Assembly: GCA_900088475.1 (NCBI GenBank)
Contig: FLMG01000742.1
Span: 1 to 64,000, forward strand
DNA: 64,000 bases
Direction: 5' to 3'
Origin: Hyphochytrium catenoides
Taxonomy: Eukaryota > Protista > Hyphochytriomycota
In this document: positions 39,301 through 51,929 of the stretch, in pieces
How positions within the stretch are numbered: position 1 is the stretch's first letter
Layout of the letters: each line of letters starts with the position of its first letter
Made by a program: the position numbers and the translations under genes
Notes under the pieces: generated by a model
What the model was told of the DNA's origin: nothing
Databases searched by the model: none
The model's input: the letters and a program-made list of their open reading frames with translations, nothing else

Positions 39301-42300
39301 TTCTTCTTCATGTCAAGATACTCTATAGCGCGAACAGAAAGAAGGTCATTAGCGCATGTCCCCCTCCACGGACAATGGTGATTGATGAAGGAGGCCAAAA
39401 AGGAACGGATTGCATTGATAGCGTTATGAGTAAAGAGTAGTAAAGGACGTAGACAGAAGAGTCAGCCTCCGTCTTACCGTTGAGAGACTTCTGACAGAGT
39501 TCCAGACGTGCAGTCAACCCCTTTAGCAGATCAAGTCTGCCCTCAACTTGGGCTGAGGCGAGTACTCCAGGGGTATTCACAGCATTCTTCATCAGATCCT
39601 TGAACTCCGTGTCAATACCTAGACGTGCGAGAAGCCGGTAGGTTAAGACAAAGCGTGTTACAACTAGTAATGGCGTTGTCTCCTACTCCACTGACCCACT
39701 TGATGGATTCTTAGCAACTGCCCCCTCTTGCTCCCCCTCCTGGTCCCCGTTCCTGCTCACCTTCAAATCGCTTAGTGTCGTCGGGCAATTGACTTCTAAT
39801 GTCCGCTGAAGCCAGAAATATGCTCTCCAAAGCGGCCCATTGCTTTGAAACGTGGACCCACTCCTTAACGACCTCTTCCACAAGTCCAAGGGACTGTTGC
39901 CAGAAGAGAACACGGTCTCGGAAGTAATCAACGAACTTGCCCATTCCGACGATGCTTTGGAGTTCGAGTTGATGACTTTCCAAGGACTCTATGACCTAGG
40001 GAAGATTTTGGTGATCAATGAACGGGCTGCCCAGTAGCTGACCAAGAACAGTGCTCATCTCACCTCTTCCGAGGGCTTGACTATCATGATCTCCGAATCT
40101 TTATGTGGGACGAAATCCAACTTTAGATCATTCCAAATATTCTCAATGTGCTTCAGCTTGTTCTCAATCTTCAGCTCCTTACTCGCAGTCTCTACTACTT
40201 CGCTGACATCATCCACGTGCTCGTGCAGCTTCAGAGCAAGCACGTCTGAAAATGAGAACTTGTGTGACAGGCGTTAGTAATGGTGATTTGAGTCTCTATC
40301 AAGGCAGACCACAAGTTCGCGTGTAGAGAAGGCCGCTGCCAACTGGAGCTTTGAAATGGTGACCGAAGATGCCTTGTGTTCTTAGGTGTTCATATGTAAC
40401 TGAAATATTTACCTGTGGATCGGTAGGGTTAACCGGCTTGACCTTGCAAATGGTTGAGAGAGAACGCCAGTGTCTATCTCTCATAGCCGGTGAATGCAGC
40501 TCGTTGACAAGAGGAAGCACTACTGCCATGTTCTTTACAGAATCCTCTAGATCTCGGTAAACCTGCCAACCCTTGATCATCTGCCCAATTCAAAAAGCAA
40601 GGATTTAGCTACATATAGGTCTTGACGTGCAGAAGGGCTATAATCATTTTGCAGGAGGCACAAAAGCCAAGGAAGCGGGCGAACGAGTTGTAGAATGAGG
40701 CAAAGCAGTAGAAATTGGAAGTAGGGCAGGAAGGCAGCGTATGAGCACTGAGGGATGGTGCTCAGCAGCTCAACAGGGTCAAGGCGCACCGGACTGATCC
40801 CTCCCTCTGCTCTTATCTGCTTCAGAAAGTTCTTTGTCTGGTCCTCAAAGGAGTCTGTGTCAATGTCATTCCAAAGAGTGCAGTTCCAGTCATTTAACGT
40901 AGCGATCACTAAAGCCTGAGAACAAGTCACTTGTTAGTTGCCAGAGGTCCCTTCAACCAGAGCTAAAGGAAGTACCTTGAGGTCCCACATCATTTTCAGT
41001 AGCTGGAGCTCTTGATTCGTGTCAGAGATTTCCTGGTGTTTGGTTACCTAATGGTGCCCACCTCGGTCAGCTCAGTGTGGGTGCCCATCATCCCCGTACA
41101 AAGTCAATAAAGATAGTGAACGTAAAACTGCCAAGAGGATCTTGGTTTGGAGATTACGGAGCATATTGCAGATGCCGGCAAATCTTCTCCTGGGGTCAGC
41201 ACTCCCCCGTCCTCATCACTAGAAGTGAAGTGCCTCCTTGAGCGCCGCACATAAGTACATGTTTTCTCACCTGCAGCTCGAACAACTCCTCAAGTTCGTT
41301 TAGTTTTTTTGCTTGTCTTTGCTTTTCGCTAATGCTTCCAGAGTAATGATCCAGTTGTTTGTACGCCTCGTCCACAGGACCTTGGAACGCAAAGGGAGCG
41401 TTTGCTCTATCGTTGAAGAGAATATAAACGATAATACCGGGCTATCAGTGAGATGAAGACGTTGTCAGAGGTTCATGGAAAAGAGTCCTACAGACCTAAA
41501 GTTATTTCTGAGGGCTCGAAGAGATTCGAAAAACTGGTTCAGTTCAACCTTGAGTGTCTCCACCTCAGCCTAGATTAGAGCGGAAGGGACAAAACCGATG
41601 TAGTTAGGTTCAGGTTCAGGTTCACTAGGATGCAGACCAGATAGATGAGGGACATAGCTAAGAATGCGATTTTTGCCAACTCCCGGCTTCTCCGCTTATC
41701 ATCGATGCCGCCTACCTGCTGCAAAAGTAAAATCTGCTCTTTCTTTTGAAACGTCCGGCTGACTACATTCTCCCAGACCATGGGAGCCGTCTCAAGGTAG
41801 TCTGTCAACAAGTGACCCTGCACCTTGGCTTCTATAGGAGTGCCATGGGTTCTCAGTAGCTGTAAGGTGTCCTTGAGGGGTCCAAACATCTCAACTGTTG
41901 CGTCCATAGCCTAAACATTGTACGGTGGTCTCAGCTATACTCCAGGCTGCAGGTAAAATCTTATGCAGGCCATAGAGCAGCGAGAGGCTCATATATAACA
42001 ACATACCTTCCGAACATCTCTAATGTAGGTCATGACTTTCATTAACGACTCTTNNNNNNNNNNNNNNNNNNNNNNNNNNNNNNNNNNNNNNNNNNNNNNN
42101 NNNNNNNNNNNNNNNNNAAGACGTCCTGAATGTGGAATGGAGGAAGACAAGGGGTAAGAAGGAGGACGGCCACTCAGGCTGCCTAAGAGACTAAAGCAGA
42201 AGTTCTATGACAAGACAAGCGATTACCCAGAAGAACCAGGGTCAACTCAGCATAGATTAAAGGCACATGGGCACATTCCCGTGGATAAGCAAGTGAAGAG

Positions 42301-45300
42301 CAGACACGTAACACTTAGAAAAGAGTAATAATTTAAGAGGGGTCTCCAGCAAGCGTTTGAGATCATAATACAGGGTATGACGAATGAAGACGAGTCCTTG
42401 CATACCGACAACGTCCTTATACAGATAATCGGTGAACTTGTTGGTCCATTTTGAGGCCCAGACTCCGACTGCTGACTTGACTGGTTGGCAGTTGACGCGA
42501 AGCCACCAGCAGTCTACAATTGGCCGAAGAGCAGCTACAGCCGCTCCTACCTCGGAATATTTTCTAATTTCTTGGTCGAACCGGGCAAGGTCCAGGAATA
42601 CGTTTCCTGTGGGTGACGGCTTCTGCAATAGCAGAGAAGATAGGAAAGGTGCGATACTGAGCAGACGAATATGTGGCCATCATAGTCATAAATAACCTCA
42701 GCTTCCTAGAAAAAGGACTGAACTGATTGACAAAGCAGAGGAGGATTCGTTATGGGCAACCCCTTCGAGTCTTTAGCTTTAAGAGGGGAGCGACGGCGAA
42801 CCTTGGCCTCTTTTAGAAAGTTCTGGAAGATAGCCTCCATATCTGTATCCCAGAGATAGGAGAAGTGCTCATAGACCCCTTGCAGCTTACGAAGCTCCAG
42901 CTCATTTTCGGCCAGTTGTTCATTTATATTAGCAAGGATCATGCAGACCTAAAGAAGTGAAAGAGGTCGATAGGTCAGCGGTCTATCGCGGATCTATCAC
43001 TCACATATTACCTTGGTCTATAGTTGAATTACTTTCAATGATATTTCCTCTACGTACCTCAACATCCGCTTGCATTTCCCTCATAATTGTACCCTCTGCA
43101 TCCAGCCTTTTGACAATTGTGGATATCATCATAACGCTGTCGATAAGGCCATCGACAAACTCGCGCAAGCCTCGACCCCTCTCGGGAAATACGTTGGGCT
43201 GATATGCAAGCTCCATGGCTAGCAGTTAATAACATCGACATTCAAAAAAGTGGCGTAAGCAACATGGAAGCAGCGACTGTGAGAAAGCAACGCGATCAAA
43301 GATCGATCGCTGCTGAAGATCGAGACTTGCCGGAGCAGACTAAGTAGCTTACCGTTCTTTGTGCGGTTCAGCACTAGGTTCAGCTGGATTTCAAGCATCG
43401 GAGGGAGTTTGTCTTTCCCTTTTGCTCCTCTGGGGTCAATTTGATCCGCGAGCTGCTGCAAATTCGTTCGGATAGTCCTTGCAACACTGTACAAACAGGA
43501 AGGAAGAGAAGCAGATACTGTATGTAAGACCGCTATTCAAACCCTTCTCAACACTGTACAGGAACGAAGACAAGCAAAAAGATTTTTGCTCTTGAGTTGC
43601 ACGCTTACCCTTCGACGAGAATGTTATTGAAGAACTCGCCGTACGCCTTCCAATCTGGTGCTGTTGCTGAGACTTTTAGCACCTTGTTGCTCTCCTTCAC
43701 CAGCTTTTGTATCTCGCTCGACCCTTCCTTTATTTCACTGAACCTAGAAAGGAAACAGATGAAGAGTTAAGAGAAAAGGCATGCGAGGAGAAGTGAAGGC
43801 AGGAGCTAGTGCCGCTATCCTACCTTGCCGTCTTAATTGCTTTGTTCGCACGCTCAGCTTCTTCTACCGTGACAGGCTTATTCTTTCTCTCGATGATGGG
43901 CTTACTGTTCCAACTAAGGAGTATCTCCTCGGCCTATGATGCGGAGTGCACGGGCATCAATCTAAGTGTAGGTTCCATTCTGGGTGGGCAACACATTCTC
44001 CGTCATACCCGTGACACGTTCATCTTTAGTGTCGTCAAAATCTCATTGGCGGCTTTGACTGAGTCCATGCTCTCTTGGATAAAATCGTCGATGGCTAACC
44101 GTAAGGTACAGCAACAGAGGANNNNNTTACGGCCTTGATAAGAGGGGTCTCGACAGGCAGGATGGTGGTCATGACATTATTGTACATGCTCACTATAAGA
44201 TCCAAGTTACCGGTCCAGCGGCGGAACAACTGCAAGAGATGAGAATGAGATTACATTTGGCAGGTCACCTTACTATCATTGGGAAGGCTAAGAAGGGAGT
44301 GGCGGCAGAGAGAAAAAGTGACAGATTAGGTGATGATGCTACCTCTCCCTTCTGGTAAACTTGCAGGGCGGAGTCGGGGATGGTGTTCTTGAGGAGAAGG
44401 AAGTATTTGACCTCCCTCAGCAACCGGACCAGGGCGGGGTCAAAGTTGACCTAACGCAACCATTTGTCAGGACAAAGAAGCATAAACGGTAGGCATGAAG
44501 AAAAAGGATCTAATCTTAGGCAATAATGCAAGGTACTGATAAGGAGTAAGGCGGCCCTACCTGCACAAGCGAAGATTGTGGATCCCGACTAAGAAGATTA
44601 AGCTTCAGCTTAGCTTGCGACGAAGCCTCAACGTCTCGACCCCACTCTGCAAGCTTCTGATTCTCATACTCCTATAGAGAAGAATTTGATAAATGGGAGG
44701 TAGCCATAAAGATCTCCATGATGAGGATTGCAATCCACAATACGGGTGGCCCTTCCGCTCCTCGCTCGCGATATTTTTCAAATGCTTGTCTCCGACCTAC
44801 CTGGAGGCTGGAAATTATAGCTGCGTACAGCTTACAGACTTCTTTTGACTCTTCCCTACGTGGCAATTGATACAACGACGTAGGTGACAGGGCGGCAGAC
44901 GAGGAGATGAGAAGGTTATTACAAGTTAACCAGCAAGATTCTATGCTGGTCGGACTGGCACTTTATAAAGCTTACAGGCTGTTGTCGGGTTTGAATCTTA
45001 TAAGTTCACCAAGGAAGATAGAAGTCAATGTCTCTCAGTGCAATGACCCAAGAAACAGCTGTTTTACCTGTCAAGTATTGATTTTTTGAACTGCTTTAGC
45101 TTGTCCATGGGCAGGTTGATCCTCTCGACCAGGCCGCGGCACCAAGTCAGAGCGCCCGCAATGGGTGGCAAATTGTGCGCGATAATAGGGTTGTCCCGGT
45201 GCTCAAGGAAGATCTCCTGAACTGCCTTCAAATCTTGACTGTATGCCTGGACGAGAGCAATGTGTTTCTTTTCAAGCTCGTCTTGAATGATAGGTCGATC

Positions 45301-48073
45301 TAGGAATCCATCAAAGCTATCAAGAAGCTTGAACTTTCCCATGATGGTAGCGCAGTCATCGAACGCCTAGAATGGGAGGGTAGACGTAATGGGACAAAGA
45401 GGAGGAATCAGACGGTTGTTAGAGCATCCCTTGATGTGACTTCAACGGTAAGAAAGATAGTAGCCGGAAGGCTCAGGAAAAGCTTCCACAAGAGCCTACC
45501 TGCACCATAACAGAGCCTAGTCTTCTCTCTAGCTCCTTGATCCGGGTCCTAAACTCATAGTAATCCTCCTCAAATTTCTTTGCTCCGACGTCCATTATGT
45601 CATAAGGCACATGCTGGAACTGGTGCACCGCAGCCTACACAAGCAGGTGACCCCAAAATACCGAAGCCAAACGGTAAGTGGAATAAGTGCATCGAGGAGA
45701 TAAAAGAAGCAGTGATACGGATCAAAAGCACACAGGAGACATAGAACCAAGCAGCCACTTACGAGAAACTCGCTATGGATTTGCTGGACGCTTTGCGTAA
45801 GGTTTTTCCCTTTCGTCCCTCCAATCTCAATTTTTGATAGCTTGCTGAACTGTTTGTCCGCCAAAGTCGCAAGGTCAGTCCATACGGTGGCGGAAGCTAG
45901 CGAAGCAGTACGTACATAAAGAGAAGACTAGCGGTAAGGAAGACAGGAAGTATCGGATGGGAGGCACAGTACAGCTGCTTGGAGAGTATAACTTATCCGG
46001 CAACGGAGCATTCAACCACTAACCTGAACGATGGTCTGAGTGAGCTCAAGGATATCGTGGCAGCGCTCAAGAAAGCTATCGAGTCGCAGAAAAAGAGCAC
46101 TATTTTGCACCCGCCAGGTGTTGTTCGGACACTCAGCGTTGGCAGTCGCCTTGTAGTCAAAGTATGTGCTCTTGAATTGACCGCACACTCTGAGAGTTAT
46201 CTTGAGCTGGTCAACAGCAGTAGCTGGGGAGGAGAAAAGAGAACTTAGTCGTGGTTTGAGCTTCTACCGACCACGCTTGTTACTTTTGCCTGCGATCAGA
46301 CTGTGGTATGACCTGCGTTGCTTCCTATCGGTATTTTTAACACGAATGCACCTTACAACGTCCCGTCCAGTCTTTTACCTGCTTCATCACTCTCAATAAG
46401 CTGCCATATCTGCTGCCCGTTAAGGTACTTCGTCGCTTGATTGATCACCGCATTGCAGATCTCTCTAATAAGGACGACAAGCCGCGCAGGAGTGTTATAG
46501 TGCTTGCTATTCTTCCATATCAGGAGTATAATGTGCAGCATGGGTTTAAATAGCTCGTGAAGAGATGGGAAGTCTGAGCAGTTATTAAGGCGGCTGAACC
46601 AATCCTCCAGGGTGCGCAAGTACTTCATATTGTCATTTGCTGCATGCAAGAGAGAGCGAAGTCGAAAGCCTTAGTTTGTAGATTTCTGGGGAAAGTAAGT
46701 TATGCAAAGAGCGATGGAGTAAGTAATTGCTACACAGTCAAACGCTAAGGAATAGGCTTTAGAGCAGTGTAGGTAACTCTATACTGATGGCCGATAGCAC
46801 TCGTAGTGTTCCTTCGAGCTCAACTCATACCTTCCAAGCGTGCAGCAAAAACCTCTTTACACAGTCTAGCGAAAGTACTGCAGTAGGTGCTTTTCGATTG
46901 ATCGAGAGCACGCAGGACCTTGCGCACTGTGGGTTTCTGACCGTCATCATTAGCAACAAATATCGGGCATTCGAGGCACAGCGCAAAGGAGACATAATAC
47001 CTGAAGTTGATCGAAGACGTAATTAAGATTTACTGCCTTCACTCTCCAAAATTCAAGCTCCTTCTCAGGAGTAGGATGGTGTCCTTGCTTTAGAAGGGTC
47101 TCAGGATCCTGACCGCGTTGTTAACAACACAGAGTGAAAAGACGTGAGCTGCCTATGAAATATGCAAACAACAAGAAGCGTATCTTAGTGTATTCGTTGC
47201 AACTGTACTACCTGCTTGAGCACATCCTTGATTTGCTTGGTCCAGGTGACAATTGCGCCTTCGAGCACTGAGATACGGTTCTTCAGGTCTTCGTTGGGGT
47301 CGTCTGTGGTGTGGGGAAGAGGAAGGACCGGCTTTCCCTGATGGTATAAGAAAGATGGGACGACACGTTCAGGAATAAGCGGAAAGGACGATCCACATTG
47401 CGAGGCAGATAGGTGGCAAACCTACCTGTAAATGGCCAGCTGTGATCGCAACAACTGACATGTAGTTCTGGAACTTATCCATGATGTCTTTTGTGACCAT
47501 CTCACCCCAGGCGGCCGAGTTATGCGGGTTAGTGAAGATCGGCAGGTAGATTTCCTCAGCAACTCTTGAAAGTTGCGCTATCGTTGCAATGGCAAGAGAT
47601 CGCAAGAGTAGCCGTTACCCTTGATCCGAAGAGATCAATAACTCAGTGGCCTTACCAATTGGTTCAGAGTCTATCTCGGTACAAAGGACCACTTTATCAA
47701 AATTGTCCTTATCCAGCGCCACTGACTCCGATTTCACGAATGAGATGCTCTTCCCTTTGTTGAACTTTGACGGCATAGTTAGGGAGGCAACTACATTTTC
47801 ACTGGAGAATACCAAGTAGATTCTCTCCGGGGAGCTGATGAACTCGGACATCACCGACCTTGATTGATCAGCAGAAGGTGTTAACTTGTCAGCGAGTGCG
47901 AACAGCTCTATCCTTTTTCGTAAGCTAAATCCCTACATATTCTCCTCGGTGTCGAAAGATTTCTTGAACCTGGCTAGCTGAAGATGCTTGTAAGCTGTAC
48001 ACACTTTTGCCTCGATCAGTGGTACGCATGCGTTCGCCTGCTGCCCGGCGGCAGGCACAGGAGGTGACGGCAT
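24328..48073 (-). CDS. ODA4: Axonemal outer-arm dynein heavy chain, beta type (Chlamydomonas ODA4 / DNAH9-11-17 group), ~80 exons
   Basis: ATG at 48073 ([12 protein letters not shown]), TAG at 24330-24328. DHC_N1 tail ([17 protein letters not shown]), linker (FPRFYFVSN), AAA1 GPAGTGKT and CFDEFNRI / [23 protein letters not shown]2 GPAGCAKT and [20 protein letters not shown]3 [11 protein letters not shown]4 GVGGSGKQS, stalk/MTBD (ELKSLPKPP), AAA5 ([12 protein letters not shown]), AAA6 ([11 protein letters not shown]), C-terminus [32 protein letters not shown] traced about 79 introns; some coding sequence is hidden in N gaps at 42054-42117 and 44122-44126. The subtype is from recalled motifs. 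Confidence 0.95.
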
Positions 48074-49726
48074 GATTGCGTGCTGTTATGGTCCTTCAGA
48101 GGGAGTGGTTATGCTGGAGCGGTAACAGGCTGGACCAACGTCAGGACAAAGTGAAAGGAATCATTCCTAGAACAATAGCTAGCACACTGGGGAATCGCGA
48201 CAATGGGCCAATATAGCGGCACACCACCGCTGTCAGCTAGAAGAACTAAAAGAGCCTGGTACTCGATACGTGAGAAGTCCAAACTCCGAGATAGAGTGCG
48301 GGAACAGACTGATGCTGCTGCTGGTGCTGAAGTTCTAGTTTGACCCTGGATCCTTGGGTCGGAGCTGCAGATAGCAGGCAAAAGGTTGAAGGCTCGGACA
48401 GCGGCGCGATCCGAGGCGGCGGAAGGAGGAGGAGGAAGTGCGCTGGCAGGAAAGGAAGAGTCGGGCCGCTGTGACCTTTGGGCAACGGCAGATCCAGAAT
48501 ATCAACAGAACAATGCCCACAAAGCTGAGAGTGTGAAAAATGGGTTAATTGACAATAGGCCTGGTTTGACCGTTTCAGGTAGGCAGTCTGTCATCAAGTG
48601 GGGGCATGGGGCTGGTTACAGCTCTGGTTACCCAACAAAAACTCTAGGAATATAACGTTACTCCTGTGTGATCCCTTTATTTGTGTGTGTTCCTGTTCAC
48701 TCACTTTACAGTAGGGCAATCGCTCCTGCTACTTTCCTCCTCCTAAAACGGAAAAATAGGCAATGCTAACTACTGCGAAGGAGGCTCTCTTGGTCTCATC
48801 AGTAACTCTTCGCCATCACGGTCATTATTAGCAGGACTCTGCGTTGAACACCTCAGCCGTAACATCTGCAGCAAAGAAAGAACCACCAGCCAGTCAACAA
48901 TCTAGACAAGGCAAGCAAAAGAAAGGAATCGCTTCAGAAAAGGAGGTCCTAGTATTATGAAGACCGAAAGCCATGACGGCCAATAAATATGAGGTTGAGA
49001 AGCATCATGTGAAGGGCGACGATCACATCCTTGTTGAAGCTTCACAATCCGCTGCACACCGGGCGTTGCCCTCTCAACGTCTCCCAACTACTAGTAGGAC
49101 AAGCGGCAGCCCCACAGCCTTAGAGAGAGCTTTATACTTCGTCAATTGGTATTCTCAGAAAAGCGCCCTGATAGTAGCCGGCATGGCTGCTGCCGAACGA
49201 AGAGTTCTGGATTGCAGGTCTTGATGGACACATTAAAGCGGTGTGCTGAAAAGTAGTTCAAAAGCCTCGAAGCAATAAATGTTTTCTAGGCCTCTGCCGG
49301 AAGGAGGTGACGAGGTTCAAGAGATAGCTTTTGAAGTTCCGATGAAGCCATGATTATCTCAACTCGAGCGACGACGACTAAGCCATGATGATTCTTGAAG
49401 GCATCAATTAACAGAACTCCTCTGACAAGAAGCAGCAGTGCGCGCAAAAAGATGAACATCTAATAACAAACGCCAACATCACTCCAAAATCGAATGCCGA
49501 TGATCAAACCTTCCATTGAAGCCAAAGAATGGGAAAAACCGGACGAAAAGCCCCCGTGTTGGGTGAGAACTAGCTCATAAGCGAGCCTTCGAACGGAAGG
49601 TCTAGTTTGCAGAAGACAAGAGGGCCTTGGCACCCGTCAATCGAACAGATTGAGATAGATATAGGGTGCAAAGAAGGACGAGAGATAAAGCTGAGACATC
49701 AGATACCGCAAATACTTTACTGGCCC

Positions 49727-50107
49727 CGCCCTGCGAGAGGCCAAGTGAGTCTTCGAATCCCCGTTGCATGACTGTCAGCCTTCCCATGCAGCTGTATACG
49801 TTGTTCCCCTGTACCTCTCTATCATTCCTCATCAGACCCTTCCAAAAAAAAAGAGCTCCGTTCCCCCCGATGGGTGGCCACCACTAGCCCTTACCGCTGT
49901 AGTAGCCCAAGCCGCATGCACCTTTTCACCATTAGCAAGCATCGTTTGGGTGATCAGAGTAGCCGACCACGGGTGTTCTATTTTCATAGCAGGCCGTCTG
50001 ATGAGGAATGAAGGTAGGGCACAGTGGAAGGTATACATCATCTGCATGGGGAGGCTGCTGACAGTCATTCAACGCTACTCGAAGAGTCAAATGGTCTCTG
50101 ACAGGCG
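49727..50107. repeat. Diverged long inverted repeat (arms ~49727-49837 and ~49996-50107, spacer ~158 bp); possible old MITE/foldback element
   Basis: Left arm cgttgcatgactgtcagc-cttcccatgcagctg-tatac..tcattcctcatcagac aligns with the reverse complement of the right arm, cgttgaatgactgtcagcagcctccccatgcagatgatgtatac..tcattcctcatcagac. Confidence 0.8.
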
Positions 50108-51623
50108 ATGGCACTTATTATCGTTCACCTACCATCCTCCTCCTCAGCCTCAAGCAACAGCTATAACCTCTCTTATGAAAACCACAACCCCTTGAGGAAG
50201 AAAGGCTCAGAGGAGAGAGGTGATGTGCTCAGTAGACAAGGCTATTGCCTTCACCATCCTCATGGTTCCAGGAAAGAAGCTTTTGAAAAGCGTCTTTCTG
50301 GCCAGAGCCTCAGGCTTGATTGGCCCGACTATCCGAAAGGTTGCTAGTGGGAACTGCATGATCAGAATTAGAGGACAATATTAATGGCGACGCTGCCCTC
50401 TGTCAACAAGTCAGCCTTGGTTAATTTGTTAATTCCTAACAGCTTTCTGCCGCTTAAAAAAGTCACTTGGTCGCCCTCTCACCACGTCGCCGTGAGAGAG
50501 AAAGATGGTGATGGTCCGCTGCAGCTCGTTTACAAGGACATACGTCGTCCCAGCACTATCACGGAAACAGAAATGGACCTGAACAGGACCAGTGAGCCGT
50601 ACTACTATGCAATGGAGACTTCTGCTACTCTTAGTAGCGTCTGCTGATTGTCATCCACAAAATTTCGTCTAAGACAACAACCAAGATATGTTTCCTAGCA
50701 TTAGAGAGAGAGGAAGAGAACGTTCTCCGTCCCTCCTCCTTATGGTGGACAGATGTCTCCCCCGTATTAAGCGCAGACAGAAGTGTTGAAATTGCCGCTG
50801 TCGCATTCTATCGATCTCGACAAGGCTTCAAGTGACTGAGTCAGGGCTTGGCCACGACTTGGGTCCTTGAAGCCAGAACCAGCCAGTAATGGTCGTTCTC
50901 TTGCTTACCTAAGGCTGGCACCTACCAGTTATTATTTGCGGGACGGACTACATTAGCTCACTTTTTCCTGCTTCAGCGGAGGAGTGATTGTGGACGGCCA
51001 AGTATGGGGCCTTGTGTGTTGAGATGGCAGGATGTGCAGGCTCACATGCTGGAAGGCCAGACATACATAGGCATTCACGGGGCAGAGGCGGTACCAATCC
51101 ATTGCGCTGCGGAAATAAAGAACGACAACTGATATACCGTTCATTGATACCAGAGCTGACCAGAGCCGGAGTTTTAAGGTTTGTTCCTGTTTCTCGCGAA
51201 CTATTGCTTGTTGACGGTTGGAATAAGTTCCTTTCACTGATGAGCTGCTTCCTGATTTTGGGAGATATGGTGGTGGTAAGTTGTGAAAGATACTTGCAGA
51301 CGAAGGGGAGAGAGGTCGAGCACGGAGTCGCCACACGAAGAAGACAGTAGTTACACATGACTTATTAGCGGCGTTTGACAATACCAAAAAGGAAGTAGAT
51401 ACATTTGATGGCGGCGGGTGATGTCAACAGTTCTTGAAAGGGAGCGCTCACTCTACCATATCATTTAACATCTGTTATGAACTCAATAATTTTGAAATGC
51501 TCGAATATGCTGCTCTTTGCCCCTCAACACTCCCAGCAGGGACGACGGAGCAAGCTCCGACTCCCAATCTTCAATTAATTTAGCCTTTGGCAGCTAGGAC
51601 AGGTGCTAGGTGAAGTAGCCATT

Positions 51624-51929
51624 CTAGCAGTCTGTGACCTTGAAAGCCTTCAGGTCCTTCGAGGCGGTTTTGGACCAGTCAGGGCAGCTAAAGCCAACCT
51701 GGCTGCCGCAGCCAGAGTCCGAGAACAGCCGAATGCAGCAAGACTCCGACCATCCGCGGTCCCACTCGAACTTCTGGCCCGCCTTGTGGTTGATTTTCGT
51801 GCATCCCTTGTTCTTTTTGCCATCAGCGACGTTTCCGTTTCCGTAGACGAAAGTCCAGGCATCGGTGGCTGGCAAAGCTGCCGCGCTGAGGAGGGCCACA
51901 ACGGCGCACGCTGCTGCAATAATCTTCAT
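51624..51929 (-). CDS. Small secreted cysteine-rich protein, 101 aa (24-aa signal peptide + 77-aa mature domain with 6 Cys), possibly beta/gamma-crystallin/killer-toxin-like
   Basis: Intact intronless ORF MKIIAAACAVVALLSAAALPATDA|WTFVYGNGNVADGKKNKGCTKINHKAGQKFEWDRGWSESCCIRLFSDSGCGSQVGFSCPDWSKTASKDLKAFKVTDC; ACC-ATG start context, classical signal peptide, even Cys count, mostly G/C-ending codons. Confidence 0.85.
   Translation of the reverse strand: MKIIAAACAVVALLSAAALPATDAWTFVYGNGNVADGKKNKGCTKINHKAGQKFEWDRGWSESCCIRLFSDSGCGSQVGFSCPDWSKTASKDLKAFKVTDC

Noticed and set aside
48470-48487. X-box-like GTGACC-TTTG-GGCAAC upstream of dynein
   Set aside because: The spacer is longer than the RFX consensus, and RFX regulation is not expected in this lineage.
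49996-50030. CTGATGAG hammerhead-like core in the inverted repeat (also at ~20628, ~51238, ~58343)
   Set aside because: No stem II followed by GAAA and no matching cleavage-site helices.
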